From Actinomycetota bacterium (GTDB lineage: Bacteria; Actinomycetota; CADDZG01; WHSQ01): a stretch of DNA of 64,000 nucleotides. The notes under the pieces were generated by a model. It was given only the letters and a program-made list of their open reading frames with translations, had not been told where the DNA came from and ran no database searches. The number at the start of each line of letters is the position of its first letter. The first letter of the stretch is position 1. Positions 26,359-35,163 of this stretch are shown piece by piece. The stretch is from NCBI GenBank assembly GCA_050694275.1, contig JBOGXF010000053.1, forward strand, positions 8,382 through 72,381, read 5' to 3'. The position numbers and the translations under genes are program-made.

Positions 26359-26407
26359 GCCGAGTGGTCGCAGAACGCCCTCAGAGGGCGCGTGACGACC
26401 ACTCGGC
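26359..26407. repeat. 49-nt hairpin element, copy A: GCCGAGTGGTC-N27-GACCACTCGGC
   Basis: Perfect 11-bp stem. The same stem sequence and the same 27-nt loop length occur at 43965-44013. It lies between convergent gltB and the UDG gene, and the right arm overlaps the last UDG codons. Confidence 0.8.
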
Positions 26408-27088
26408 AGTCAGTTGGCGGGCGCGGTGGAAGACTGCGTCGAGCATCTCTTCGGTGAGCTTGCCGGTGAATGTGTTCTGCTGGCTCGGGTGGTAGGAGCC
26501 GACGAGCACCAGTGAGCCGAGGTCGGTCTCCGTCAGGTGACCAAAGCGGGGCTTGGGCCGTACTCGCTCGCCCCCGCGCGCCACATGGGCCCGCAGGGCC
26601 GCGTCCCACGCGAAGGACCCGAGGGCGACCACCACGCGCAAGCGCTCGAGCAGATCCATCTCGCGCACGAGATAAGGCAGACAGTTGTCGCGCTCGGTCG
26701 GCATCGGCTTGTTCGCGGGAGGGGCGCACTTCACTGCCGCGGTGACGTACGCCCCGGAGAGCTCGAGTCCGTCGTCACGAGAGATCGACGTCGACTGGTT
26801 CGCATAGCCGCACCGGTGAAGGGACGCGAAGAGCCAGTCGCCCGAACGGTCGCCGGTGAAGACTCTCCCGGTGCGGTTCCCGCCGTGCGCTGCCGGAGCG
26901 AGACCCACGATCAGCAGGGTCGCCCTCGGGTCACCGAAGCCCGGCACGGGCTTGGCCCAGTACTCCTCGTCGGCAAAAGATGCTTTCCGATCGCGCCCGA
27001 CGCGCTCGCGCCACGCCACGAGCCGGGGGCAGATCCGGCACGACGCGACTTCCTCGGCCAGCATCACGAGGGGAGGCTTTGATGGCAT
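26381..27088 (-). CDS. Uracil-DNA glycosylase, family 4/5 type (UdgB-like, Fe-S)
   Basis: ..CRICPRLV.., ..LLIVGLAPAAHGGNRTGRVFTGD.. and ..LVGSYHPSQQNT.. The GLAPA-HG-NRTG motif suggests family 5. The start is assigned to the ATG at 27086-27088, with an alternative at 27139. Confidence 0.8.
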   Translation of the reverse strand: MPSKPPLVMLAEEVASCRICPRLVAWRERVGRDRKASFADEEYWAKPVPGFGDPRATLLIVGLAPAAHGGNRTGRVFTGDRSGDWLFASLHRCGYANQSTSISRDDGLELSGAYVTAAVKCAPPANKPMPTERDNCLPYLVREMDLLERLRVVVALGSFAWDAALRAHVARGGERVRPKPRFGHLTETDLGSLVLVGSYHPSQQNTFTGKLTEEMLDAVFHRARQLTAEWSSRAL

Positions 27089-27189
27089 ACGCGCAGTATG
27101 TCCTGAAAGTGCTGTCACTCTCGGAGAGGATTCCCCCACTCTACGTAGAAGAAGCCTTACAACTCATCTGCCGCCTGGGAGGGAGACCT

Positions 27190-28077
27190 GTGCCGATCGC
27201 CCGCTACCTTTCCGTGGGTCTGTCCCTGTGCCTGATGGTAGCGGCGGTGCTGGCGCCGCACTCCGGAGCACAGGTGGCGGCTGTTCCGGAGCTCACGCTC
27301 ACTGAGGGGCAGCTTCTCGAGATCGCACGGGTGGACGCGCCCCCCGCGGGTACCGGTCTCCAGATCCACGCCGATTTCCCAGAGGAACACCCTCTTCTGC
27401 TCGACGGTCTGACGATCTACGCGCTGACTGCCGACATCACGCCGGAGGGTGCCGTCGTCGTCCGCAGCGCGGTGACCGACGAGGGCCACGACTCCGGGCT
27501 CGAGCAGCAGAGCGATTGCAATGACCCCACGTTCAGGCCGCTCGGGGTCTTGTGGGACGCCGACGACATGCCGGTCAAGTGGCGCTTCAACATCCGGACG
27601 GCCCCCGAGAAGCTGAAGGACCGCCTCACTATTCGCTCTGCTCGCAGGGCCCACCGCGTGTGGCCGCGGGCCAAGACCAACTGCAACAACCCCGATGCCA
27701 ACGAGTTTCGCTTCTGGTTCACGGGATTGATTCGCAAGCACGTCAAGTTCGACGGCGTAAATATCGTCGAGTTCGGCGGGCTCGGCTCGGGTGCGCTGGC
27801 GGTCAACTACACCTGGTACCGCGGGACCAAGATCACCGAGGTCGACCTCCGGCTCAACCGCTACGACTACCCGTGGACGAACTGGATACGCGGCGGAAGG
27901 TGGTCTTACCAGGTCATGAACGTCGTCACCCACGAGCTCGGCCACCAGCTGGGCCTCGATGACCTCTCGGAGCCACACGGGGCGCTGACCATGTACGGCC
28001 GCATCGGCAAGGGCGAGATCAGCAAGATCACGCTCGGTCGCGGCGATCTGAAGGGAGCAGCAACGCTCTCTCCTTGA
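27190..28077 (+). CDS. Secreted zinc metalloprotease, matrixin/metzincin-like
   Basis: HExxHxxGxxD motif VVTHELGHQLGLDD, followed by a Met-turn-like ALTMYG. The signal peptide is (M)PIARYLSVGLSLCLMVAAVLAPHSGA. The start is assigned to the GTG at 27190 behind GGGAGGGAG. The track ORF (from 26980) would overlap the UDG gene. Confidence 0.7.
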   Translation: MPIARYLSVGLSLCLMVAAVLAPHSGAQVAAVPELTLTEGQLLEIARVDAPPAGTGLQIHADFPEEHPLLLDGLTIYALTADITPEGAVVVRSAVTDEGHDSGLEQQSDCNDPTFRPLGVLWDADDMPVKWRFNIRTAPEKLKDRLTIRSARRAHRVWPRAKTNCNNPDANEFRFWFTGLIRKHVKFDGVNIVEFGGLGSGALAVNYTWYRGTKITEVDLRLNRYDYPWTNWIRGGRWSYQVMNVVTHELGHQLGLDDLSEPHGALTMYGRIGKGEISKITLGRGDLKGAATLSP

Positions 28078-28117
28078 GAGCCCGCCACACTCGTCCCCGA
28101 ACGGCGACAATGCCGGG

Positions 28118-28480
28118 GTGGATCTTGATGTCCTGCGCGCCCACTGCCTCACCAAGCCCGGAGCCTCCGAGGAGTATCCCTTCGGGCCGGGGGCCCTGGT
28201 GATGAAAGTTGCGGGGAAGATGTTTGCGATCGTCGCCGAGGACGCGCGCCCCCTCACCGTCAGCCTCAAGTGTGAGCCGGAGATCGCGATCGTCCTGCGG
28301 AACAGACACGAAGCCGTCGGGCCCGGATACCACTTGAACAAGCGCCACTGGAACACCGTGACGCTGGACGGCACGATCAACGATTCCGACATTCGCGACT
28401 GGATCGACGACTCCTACGACCTCGTCGTCGACGGCCTCCCGAGCAAGGCGCGCGCCGCGCTCACTGGCAAGGCGGAATAG
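28118..28480 (+). CDS. MmcQ/YjbR-family protein
   Basis: 120 aa. ..CLTKPGASEEYPFGPGALVMKVAGKMFA.. and ..GYHLNKRHWNTV.. match my recollection of the YjbR fold family. Confidence 0.65.
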   Translation: MDLDVLRAHCLTKPGASEEYPFGPGALVMKVAGKMFAIVAEDARPLTVSLKCEPEIAIVLRNRHEAVGPGYHLNKRHWNTVTLDGTINDSDIRDWIDDSYDLVVDGLPSKARAALTGKAE

Positions 28481-28575
28481 CAATCCGGCTCGCGTTCTAA
28501 CGGGGAAGAGGCACCGTACCGGTCGCTCAGCCCCGACAGAATGTCTGCGCCTGTGGCCCGTTGCTCACCGGAGGG

Positions 28576-28980
28576 CTATTCCGTTCCAACGACCGCGAAC
28601 TCACCTACCATGCCCTGGTCGGCGTGGTACCGGCAAAAGACCTGATAGATACCGGGCTCCAGGATGTCTCCGACCGGAGCGAACCGCAGCTCCTTGCCGG
28701 GCCGAACGTCTCGGTCGATGTCCGTGTCCACGACAGTGAAGTTGTGGAGGTTGCGGCCCTGGTTCTTGATCACGAGCGGCCGGTCCGCGGCGATCTCGGG
28801 AGCTTCGTCGGGATGGATGTCGTGAAAGTGGTTGTCGACCGCGGTGGACACGAACGGACCGGTGGTGGGTTGAAGCTTGCCCTCCCTTACGAAGGGGGAA
28901 TTCTCGCCACCGGAGCCGCACGCCGCCGACACGAGAAGGAGTGCAGCAGCGGCCCCCACAACCACTCGTCTACAGGACAT
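28576..28980 (-). CDS. Cupredoxin (type-1 copper) lipoprotein
   Basis: Lipobox LLLVSAACGSG. The canonical ligand order is NLHNFTVV (His) ... YQVFCRYHADQGMVGEF (Cys-x2-His-x4-Met). The start is assigned to the ATG at 28978-28980, which overlaps the ABC ATPase gene end by 11 nt. Confidence 0.75.
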   Translation of the reverse strand: MSCRRVVVGAAAALLLVSAACGSGGENSPFVREGKLQPTTGPFVSTAVDNHFHDIHPDEAPEIAADRPLVIKNQGRNLHNFTVVDTDIDRDVRPGKELRFAPVGDILEPGIYQVFCRYHADQGMVGEFAVVGTE

Positions 28981-29710
28981 GAGAGAGGAAGGATCGGCAG
29001 CGCTCGTCTCTAGGGTTCGCGAATACTTCCTTAGGAACTCCGTCCTCCACGATTTGTCCGTCGTCAATGAACAAGAGTCTCGTTCCCACCTCTCGGGCGA
29101 AGCCCATCTCGTGGCTCACGACGAGCATCGTCATGCCTTCTTCGGCAAGTCGCTGCATCGTATCGAGCACCTCCTTGACCAATTCGGGATCGAGAGCCGA
29201 CGTGACTTCGTCGAAAAGCATTAACTTCGGCCGCATCGCAAGCGCCCGGGCGATGGCAACTCGCTGCTGCTGCCCGCCTGAAAGCTGTGACGGATAAGAG
29301 TCGGCCTTTTCTGGGAGACCCACGTGGTCGAGTTCCTTCGCGGCACGCTCGCGCGCCTCGTCCCCGGACATTCTCAAGACCTTCTCGAGCGCGACGGTAA
29401 TGTTCTGAAGAGCGGTCTTGTGCGGAAACAGGTTGAACGACTGGAACACGATGCCGATTTCGGTGCGGGCCTTGTTGAGGTCGGTACGGATGTCTGTGAG
29501 TTCCTTGCCGTCGAATAGAACTTTTCCCTCGCTCGGTTCCTCAAGCATGTTGATCGTACGCAAGAGAGTCGACTTCCCCGATCCCGACGGTCCAATCACC
29601 ACCACGACCTGACCCTGGTTGATGGCGAAATCGATGCCTCTGAGGACGTGCAGGTCCCCGAACCACTTATGGATACGCTCAAGCCTCACGAGGGAGCCGT
29701 CCGGATTCAT
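28970..29710 (-). CDS. Polar amino-acid ABC transporter ATP-binding protein (GlnQ type)
   Basis: Walker A GPSGSGKST, signature LSGGQQQRVAIARAL and Walker B LMLFDEVTSALDPE. Confidence 0.9.
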   Translation of the reverse strand: MNPDGSLVRLERIHKWFGDLHVLRGIDFAINQGQVVVVIGPSGSGKSTLLRTINMLEEPSEGKVLFDGKELTDIRTDLNKARTEIGIVFQSFNLFPHKTALQNITVALEKVLRMSGDEARERAAKELDHVGLPEKADSYPSQLSGGQQQRVAIARALAMRPKLMLFDEVTSALDPELVKEVLDTMQRLAEEGMTMLVVSHEMGFAREVGTRLLFIDDGQIVEDGVPKEVFANPRDERCRSFLSHVL

Positions 29711-30852
29711 GCCTGTCCCACGATCCCGGTGAGACCGCTGCGCAGACGACTCTCGACCAAGTTCACCGCCCTGATGAGCGGGAGGGTGATCACCAGGTAG
29801 CCGACGGCGGCCGCAACATAAAAAGTCGCATTGAACGTCGTCGCGAAGCCTTCCTGTGCGACGCTGAACAACTCCTGCTCAGAAACCAGCAGTCCGATGA
29901 AGACCACCAGAGCAGTGTCCTTGATGAGGATCACGAACTCGTTCATCAACGGGGGAATCACGCGCCTGACTGCTTGCGGAACGATCGAGTAGCGCATCGC
30001 CTGGAGGTACGTCATCCCGAGCGAGCGGGCGGCCTCCATCTGGCCACGCTCGATCGACTGGATGCCGGCGCGAAACACCTCCGCCGCGTACGCACCGGTG
30101 TTGAGAGCGAAGACGAGCATCGCGGTGTTGAGGGTCGATAAGTTCAGGTCTAGACCGAGAGCGATGCCGAAGTAGAAGAAGCTAAGCTGCCATACCAGGG
30201 GCGTGCCGCGGAAAAAATTGATGTACGCACGCGCAGGCGCACGAACCGCCCGGCGCGCGGACAGAGCCAGGACCGCCAGAATTAGACCGATGACGATCCC
30301 GCCGAACTCCCCGACCCCGGCAAGCAGTATCGTGTTCTTGGCACCCCGTAAGAACGCCCCGATTGAGCCTTCTTGCTGCAGGACTGCGACGTTGAGGAAG
30401 TTACGAGCGAACACAACCAGGTCACCAGCGCGGAACCATAAGAGAAACCCACCTAGCGCTACCCCTTGAATGCCCAGGACCGCTCCGGTTATCGCGTGCT
30501 CGCGCATCCGCTTGGTCGTCATGCGTTTATAGGTGCCAAAGCCCACGACGACCGCGGCAAGCCCGACCAGGATTCCAGCAACCAGAAGAATGGTCTCCGG
30601 CGTTGATCTCAGGCCTTCGACGATGTGGCAGACTCCCCGGGCACCGACGATCCTTCCCGGCTCAAGCCCTTCGTCGATACAGAACTGGGTGACTCGGCCC
30701 CCCCAGAGAGCGAAACCGAGCTGGACGAATATCGAACCCAGGAGGACCACCGCGAGGGCTCCGGCCCCCGCAGCGAGGGTCGAGAGTGGTAAAGGCCCGG
30801 TCTTGCCTTTGACATCCGGAGGGCCGATCCTTCGCTCCACCGCTATCGCCAT
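29707..30852 (-). CDS. Polar amino-acid ABC transporter permease (HisM/GlnP type) with an N-terminal membrane extension
   Basis: The C-terminal half has the His/Glu/Gln/Arg/opine permease block ..NFFRGTPLVWQLSFFYF.. and the EAA-like loop ..IERGQMEAARSLGMTYLQAMRYSIVPQAV.. Confidence 0.85.
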   Translation of the reverse strand: MAIAVERRIGPPDVKGKTGPLPLSTLAAGAGALAVVLLGSIFVQLGFALWGGRVTQFCIDEGLEPGRIVGARGVCHIVEGLRSTPETILLVAGILVGLAAVVVGFGTYKRMTTKRMREHAITGAVLGIQGVALGGFLLWFRAGDLVVFARNFLNVAVLQQEGSIGAFLRGAKNTILLAGVGEFGGIVIGLILAVLALSARRAVRAPARAYINFFRGTPLVWQLSFFYFGIALGLDLNLSTLNTAMLVFALNTGAYAAEVFRAGIQSIERGQMEAARSLGMTYLQAMRYSIVPQAVRRVIPPLMNEFVILIKDTALVVFIGLLVSEQELFSVAQEGFATTFNATFYVAAAVGYLVITLPLIRAVNLVESRLRSGLTGIVGQA

Positions 30853-30940
30853 CGCTGCCTCACTTCCTCACTTGCACATGGACGACAACACCCGCCCTCC
30901 ATTGTGGAGGACGGGTGTGAAGACCTCTTGCTCTCGACGA

Positions 30941-31792
30941 CTAGGCTTGGAACTGCTCCGGTACCGGGGTGCCGGGGAAGTAGGTCTCGAAGATCTCGGC
31001 ATAGGTGCCGTCGGCGATGAGATCCGCCAAGGTTTGGTTGACCGCCTCGATCAGCTCCTGGTTCTCCTCGGAGAAGGCAAACCCGTAGTTCTCACCGGTG
31101 TCGAACGCCTCTGTGACCTCAAGTCCCGGGCGCTGCTCGACCTCGGCCACGGACGACGGCTCGTCGTTGACGATCGCGGTGACACGTCCTCCCTCGAGAT
31201 CGGTGAACGCCTGCGAGATGACCTGGAAGGTCTTGATCTCGACCCCTTCGGGGGCATTCTCCTCGGCATAGGCTTTGCCGGTTGTCCCCTTCTGAACCCC
31301 GATGACGTCCCCTTCGCCTAGGTCGTCCAACGAGTCGACATCGGGCGTCTCCTCGGTGTTGACTGCGAATCCCTGGCGAGCGGCGTAGTAAGGGTCGGAG
31401 AAGTCAACGACCTGGTCGCGTTCTTCGGTGATCGTCGAGGCCGCGGCGACAATATCGAACTGCCCCGCTGCAACAGCGGTGAAGATCGTGTCGAAGTTTG
31501 CCTTCTTGAACTCGACCTCGAGCCCGAGCCGCTCGGCGATCGCCCCCACCAAGTCGACATCGAATCCCTTGAGCTCGCCGCCCTCTCGGTACTCGAACGG
31601 ACGGAAATCGAGACACGACCCCACCAAGAGCGTGCCCTCCGTGAGAGTGGTAACCGCCGGGGCTTCGGTCTCGGTGTCGCCCAAGCCCCCCGTGTCTTCC
31701 GGCTCCTCCTCGCCGCAGGCAGCCGCGACCAGCATGACCGCAGCGAGCACCGCCAGCAGCTTGATGACGTATCGCCTTCGTTCGAACATCAT
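30941..31792 (-). CDS. Amino-acid ABC transporter substrate-binding lipoprotein
   Basis: Lipobox LVAAACGEE and a family-3 SBP core ..GFDVDLVGAIAERLGLEVEFK..FDIVAAASTITEERDQVVDFSDPYY.. Confidence 0.85.
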   Translation of the reverse strand: MMFERRRYVIKLLAVLAAVMLVAAACGEEEPEDTGGLGDTETEAPAVTTLTEGTLLVGSCLDFRPFEYREGGELKGFDVDLVGAIAERLGLEVEFKKANFDTIFTAVAAGQFDIVAAASTITEERDQVVDFSDPYYAARQGFAVNTEETPDVDSLDDLGEGDVIGVQKGTTGKAYAEENAPEGVEIKTFQVISQAFTDLEGGRVTAIVNDEPSSVAEVEQRPGLEVTEAFDTGENYGFAFSEENQELIEAVNQTLADLIADGTYAEIFETYFPGTPVPEQFQA

Positions 31793-31820
31793 GTCCCCCT
31801 TCCAGTTACTGCCGGACGAC

Positions 31821-32576
31821 TCAGTCCATCTCCCCGAGATAAGCGCTGCGCATCTCGGGATTCTTCAGGAGACCCTCGGCCGTGTCGGCCAGCACGATCC
31901 TTCCGGTCTGCAGGACGTAGCCATGGTCGGCGATCGATAGCGCCATGTTCGCGTTCTGTTCGACCACGAACACCGTCGTCCCCTGTTCGTTGATCTGTTT
32001 GATGATGTCGAAATTCTGAGCGACGAGCACCGGCGCGAGCCCCATCGAAGGCTCGTCCATCAGGAGCACCTTGGGCCGGGCCATCAGGGCCCGGGCCATC
32101 GCCACCATCTGTTGCTCCCCGCCGGAGAGGGTTCCCGCACGCTGGCTCAGCCGCTCCTTCACGCGCGGGAAGAGATCGAAAATGCGGTCCAGGTCCTCGG
32201 AGACCTCCTTGTCCTTGCGGAGGTACGACCCCAGCTCGAGATTCTCCCGAACCGTCATCCGGTGGAACAGCCGGCGGTTCTCGGGGACCATCGAGATGCC
32301 CTTCTCCACCAAAGTCTGAGTCTGCTGCCCGCTTACCGTCTCGCCGTCGAGAACGACTCTGCCGGTGGTCGGTTTGACGTAGCCGAGGATGGTCTTGAGC
32401 GTGGTCGTCTTGCCACTCGCGTTGCCCCCGAGCAGACAGACGATCTCCCCTTCCTTGATCTCGAGGTTGACGTCACGCAGGACCTGGACGGGCCCGTAAT
32501 GCGTGTTGACCCCTTGGAGTTCGAGCACCACCCGGCCGTCGGTCGCCGCAGATGTACCGCCCCCCTGCGAGCTCAT
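31821..32576 (-). CDS. livF: Branched-chain amino-acid ABC transporter ATP-binding protein (LivF type)
   Basis: GGNASGKTT, LSGGEQQMVAMARAL and LLMDEPSMGLAP. The gene is adjacent to livG/M/H/K-type genes. Confidence 0.9.
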   Translation of the reverse strand: MSSQGGGTSAATDGRVVLELQGVNTHYGPVQVLRDVNLEIKEGEIVCLLGGNASGKTTTLKTILGYVKPTTGRVVLDGETVSGQQTQTLVEKGISMVPENRRLFHRMTVRENLELGSYLRKDKEVSEDLDRIFDLFPRVKERLSQRAGTLSGGEQQMVAMARALMARPKVLLMDEPSMGLAPVLVAQNFDIIKQINEQGTTVFVVEQNANMALSIADHGYVLQTGRIVLADTAEGLLKNPEMRSAYLGEMD

Positions 32577-33358
32577 GTCGCGGTCGCCGCCTTCGTGCCG
32601 AGGTACGCCTCGATCACACGCTCGTCGTGGGCGACTTCGTCGAAGGGCCCCTCTGCGATCTTTCTTCCGTAGTCGAGGACCACGACGCGATCGGACACGC
32701 CTCTGACAACCCGCATGTCGTGCTCGATCAATACGACGGTGAAGCCCTTTTGGTCGCGCAGCTTGCCGATGAGCTCGGTCAGCTCCTTCGTCTCGCGCGG
32801 GTTCATGCCGGCGGTGGGCTCGTCGAGAAGGATCACCTTGGGATCCGAAGCCATCGCCCGCGCGATCTCGAGCCGGCGCCGGTTGGCGTAGGACAGCGAG
32901 ATCGCCGACTGGTCAAAGCGGTAACCAACCAGCCGCGTCCCGAAGAAGGCCAGGCTCTCCTCCGCCCGCTTCCTCGTCTCCTCCTCCTCGGCGCGAAAAC
33001 GGGGCGTCCGCAGGATCGCGCCGAGCATTCCGGACTTGGTTCTGCAGTGCCGGGCGACCATCACGTTCTCGCGCACGCTCATCTCCGCGAACAGGCGCAC
33101 GTTCTGGAAGGTCCGAGCGATGCCGAGCTCGAGGATCTGACTGGGGACCAAGCCTACGATGTCCTCGGAGTTGAAGAGGATCTCGCCCGAGTCCGCGCCG
33201 ATCATTCCGGTGACGAGGTTGAAAAAAGTGGTCTTGCCGGCCCCGTTCGGTCCGATGACGCTCACGACCTCACCTTCGTCGACATGGAGGTCGAGAGCGT
33301 CGATGGCGTTGACGCCCCCGAACGACTTGTGCAGGGCTTTTATCTCGAGCAACGCCAT
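32573..33358 (-). CDS. livG: Branched-chain amino-acid ABC transporter ATP-binding protein (LivG type)
   Basis: MALLEIKALHKSFGGVNAIDAL.. GPNGAGKTT.. and ILLDEPTAGMNP. The start is assigned to the ATG at 33356-33358, 2 nt after the livM stop. Confidence 0.9.
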   Translation of the reverse strand: MALLEIKALHKSFGGVNAIDALDLHVDEGEVVSVIGPNGAGKTTFFNLVTGMIGADSGEILFNSEDIVGLVPSQILELGIARTFQNVRLFAEMSVRENVMVARHCRTKSGMLGAILRTPRFRAEEEETRKRAEESLAFFGTRLVGYRFDQSAISLSYANRRRLEIARAMASDPKVILLDEPTAGMNPRETKELTELIGKLRDQKGFTVVLIEHDMRVVRGVSDRVVVLDYGRKIAEGPFDEVAHDERVIEAYLGTKAATAT

Positions 33359-33360
33359 GG

Positions 33361-35160
33361 TTATGCCTCGCTCGGCACGGCTTCGGCCTTCTCTTGCTTT
33401 ATTTGTTCCTGCCTGAGCCACTCGTCCTGCGCGATCTCATCCTCGTGCAACTCGGCCGCGCGTCGCCTGCTCGGGATGAAGCCCTCAGGCTTCTTCAACA
33501 TCATGAATATCAGCACCGCTCCGTACGTGAGGAATCTGAACTCATCGAACTCTCGCAACAGCTCCGGAAGTCCCACCAGCACGAAGGCGCCCACGAGAAC
33601 CCCGGGAACGCTGCCCAGCCCGCCAATGATCACGATAATGAGTATGTTGATCGACACGACGACCGAGAAACTGCTCGGGAAGATGGCACCGATCTTCGTA
33701 GCGAAGAGCGCTCCTCCCAATCCACCGAGAATGGCGCCGATGATAAACGCGTAGAGCTTCGCCGCGACGATATTGACTCCCATCGCTTCCGCCACGGACT
33801 CGTCCTCGCGCATCGCCATCCATGCTCGGCCCATACGGGAGTCCTCGAGCGCGTACGTTACATACGCAGCGACGATGGCGAGGCCGAAGATCGCGTAGAA
33901 GAACGCCTGCGACCCCTGGAGCTCTATCGGGCCGACGACGATGTTCGGGATGTTGATGATCCCCTGTGCGCCCCCGAACGTTCCACTGAGCGCATCGGAA
34001 AAGAACAGGATCCGGGCGATCTCGCCGAACCCGAGCGTGACGATCGCAAGGTAATCGCCGCGCATCCGGAGGACCGGCACGCCGACGACGATGCCGGAGA
34101 AGGCGGCGGCTATCGCCACGAACGGAAGCGCGAGGAAGAAGGTCATCTCGGGCGAGAAGGCCGGCGCCGACGGCGAGGTGAGCACTCCCGCCGTGTACGC
34201 GCCGATCGCGAAGAAGGCAACGTAGCCGAGGTCCAAAAGCCCGGCGAAGCCGACCACGATGTTGAGCCCCAGGGCCATCAACAGGAAGATCCCGGCGAGA
34301 TCGGCGACCTCGCTCAGGAAGACCCCGAGGATCCGCGGAAGGACCGCGATCAGCAGGAGAAGGACGACCATGCCGACGATCGCTCTCTTGCGCCGTTCGC
34401 TCTCAGGCAGAGAGTAGAAACTCTCCCGCAGCGACTTCTCCCGGCGCCCGGACGCAACGTAGAGCGCGAAGAACACCGCGAACACGATCACCGCGCCGGC
34501 TATGGACAGTCCGCTGACCTCGAACAGGAAGCTGTTCACCCCCGGCAGGCCAGCGCCTCTGAAAAGCTGCTTCACCAGCGCTTCCAGCAAACCCACGACC
34601 ACCACCCACGTGACCGCCATGGATAGCGGCCTGCGCCACCGCTCGACGAGAAGGTGAGCCGCGCCCCCGATCGAACCCAGCACGGCCCCACCGAGCAAGT
34701 AGAAGCCAAACGAAGCCCCGAGCCCGCCGCTCAGAGTGAGCGTGTCCACGAGCTCGGGAGAGAAGTGAAGAAAGATGTCGCGAATGTCGAAGGCGTTGAT
34801 GAAAGCGACGAACAGGCCGAATATCACGCCCGCGATCGCTCCGGCGATCGCTCCCGCCACGACGTTACGGGAGCCGGGGCGCGATGCCTCGAAACCCTCC
34901 CGCTGCTCCGGCGGAGTCCCGCCGATGTAGCCGAACACGAACGGAATGGTCAAGAGCAGAAGGTTGGCGAAGGACAGCCCGACGATTACCTCGCGCGTCT
35001 GAAACGCCATGACCATGCCCACGGCCGCAACGAAGACGAGCGCGAGCCCGGCGATCAGGCCCATGCGGGCCGCCCGCCTGAGGTCGACCTCGCGCGCCGG
35101 AACCAGCTTCTGCGGCTCGGGAGCGGCCGTCTGCTCGATCCTGGTCGCCGTCTCCGCCAT
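33361..35160 (-). CDS. livM: Branched-chain amino-acid ABC transporter permease (LivM type) with a long N-terminal multi-TM extension
   Basis: 599 aa. The C-terminal ~300 aa show the LivM core ..GLLDLGYVAFFAIGAY.. and ..RMRGDYLAIVTLGFGEI.. Confidence 0.85.
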   Translation of the reverse strand: MAETATRIEQTAAPEPQKLVPAREVDLRRAARMGLIAGLALVFVAAVGMVMAFQTREVIVGLSFANLLLLTIPFVFGYIGGTPPEQREGFEASRPGSRNVVAGAIAGAIAGVIFGLFVAFINAFDIRDIFLHFSPELVDTLTLSGGLGASFGFYLLGGAVLGSIGGAAHLLVERWRRPLSMAVTWVVVVGLLEALVKQLFRGAGLPGVNSFLFEVSGLSIAGAVIVFAVFFALYVASGRREKSLRESFYSLPESERRKRAIVGMVVLLLLIAVLPRILGVFLSEVADLAGIFLLMALGLNIVVGFAGLLDLGYVAFFAIGAYTAGVLTSPSAPAFSPEMTFFLALPFVAIAAAFSGIVVGVPVLRMRGDYLAIVTLGFGEIARILFFSDALSGTFGGAQGIINIPNIVVGPIELQGSQAFFYAIFGLAIVAAYVTYALEDSRMGRAWMAMREDESVAEAMGVNIVAAKLYAFIIGAILGGLGGALFATKIGAIFPSSFSVVVSINILIIVIIGGLGSVPGVLVGAFVLVGLPELLREFDEFRFLTYGAVLIFMMLKKPEGFIPSRRRAAELHEDEIAQDEWLRQEQIKQEKAEAVPSEA

Positions 35161-35163
35161 GGT

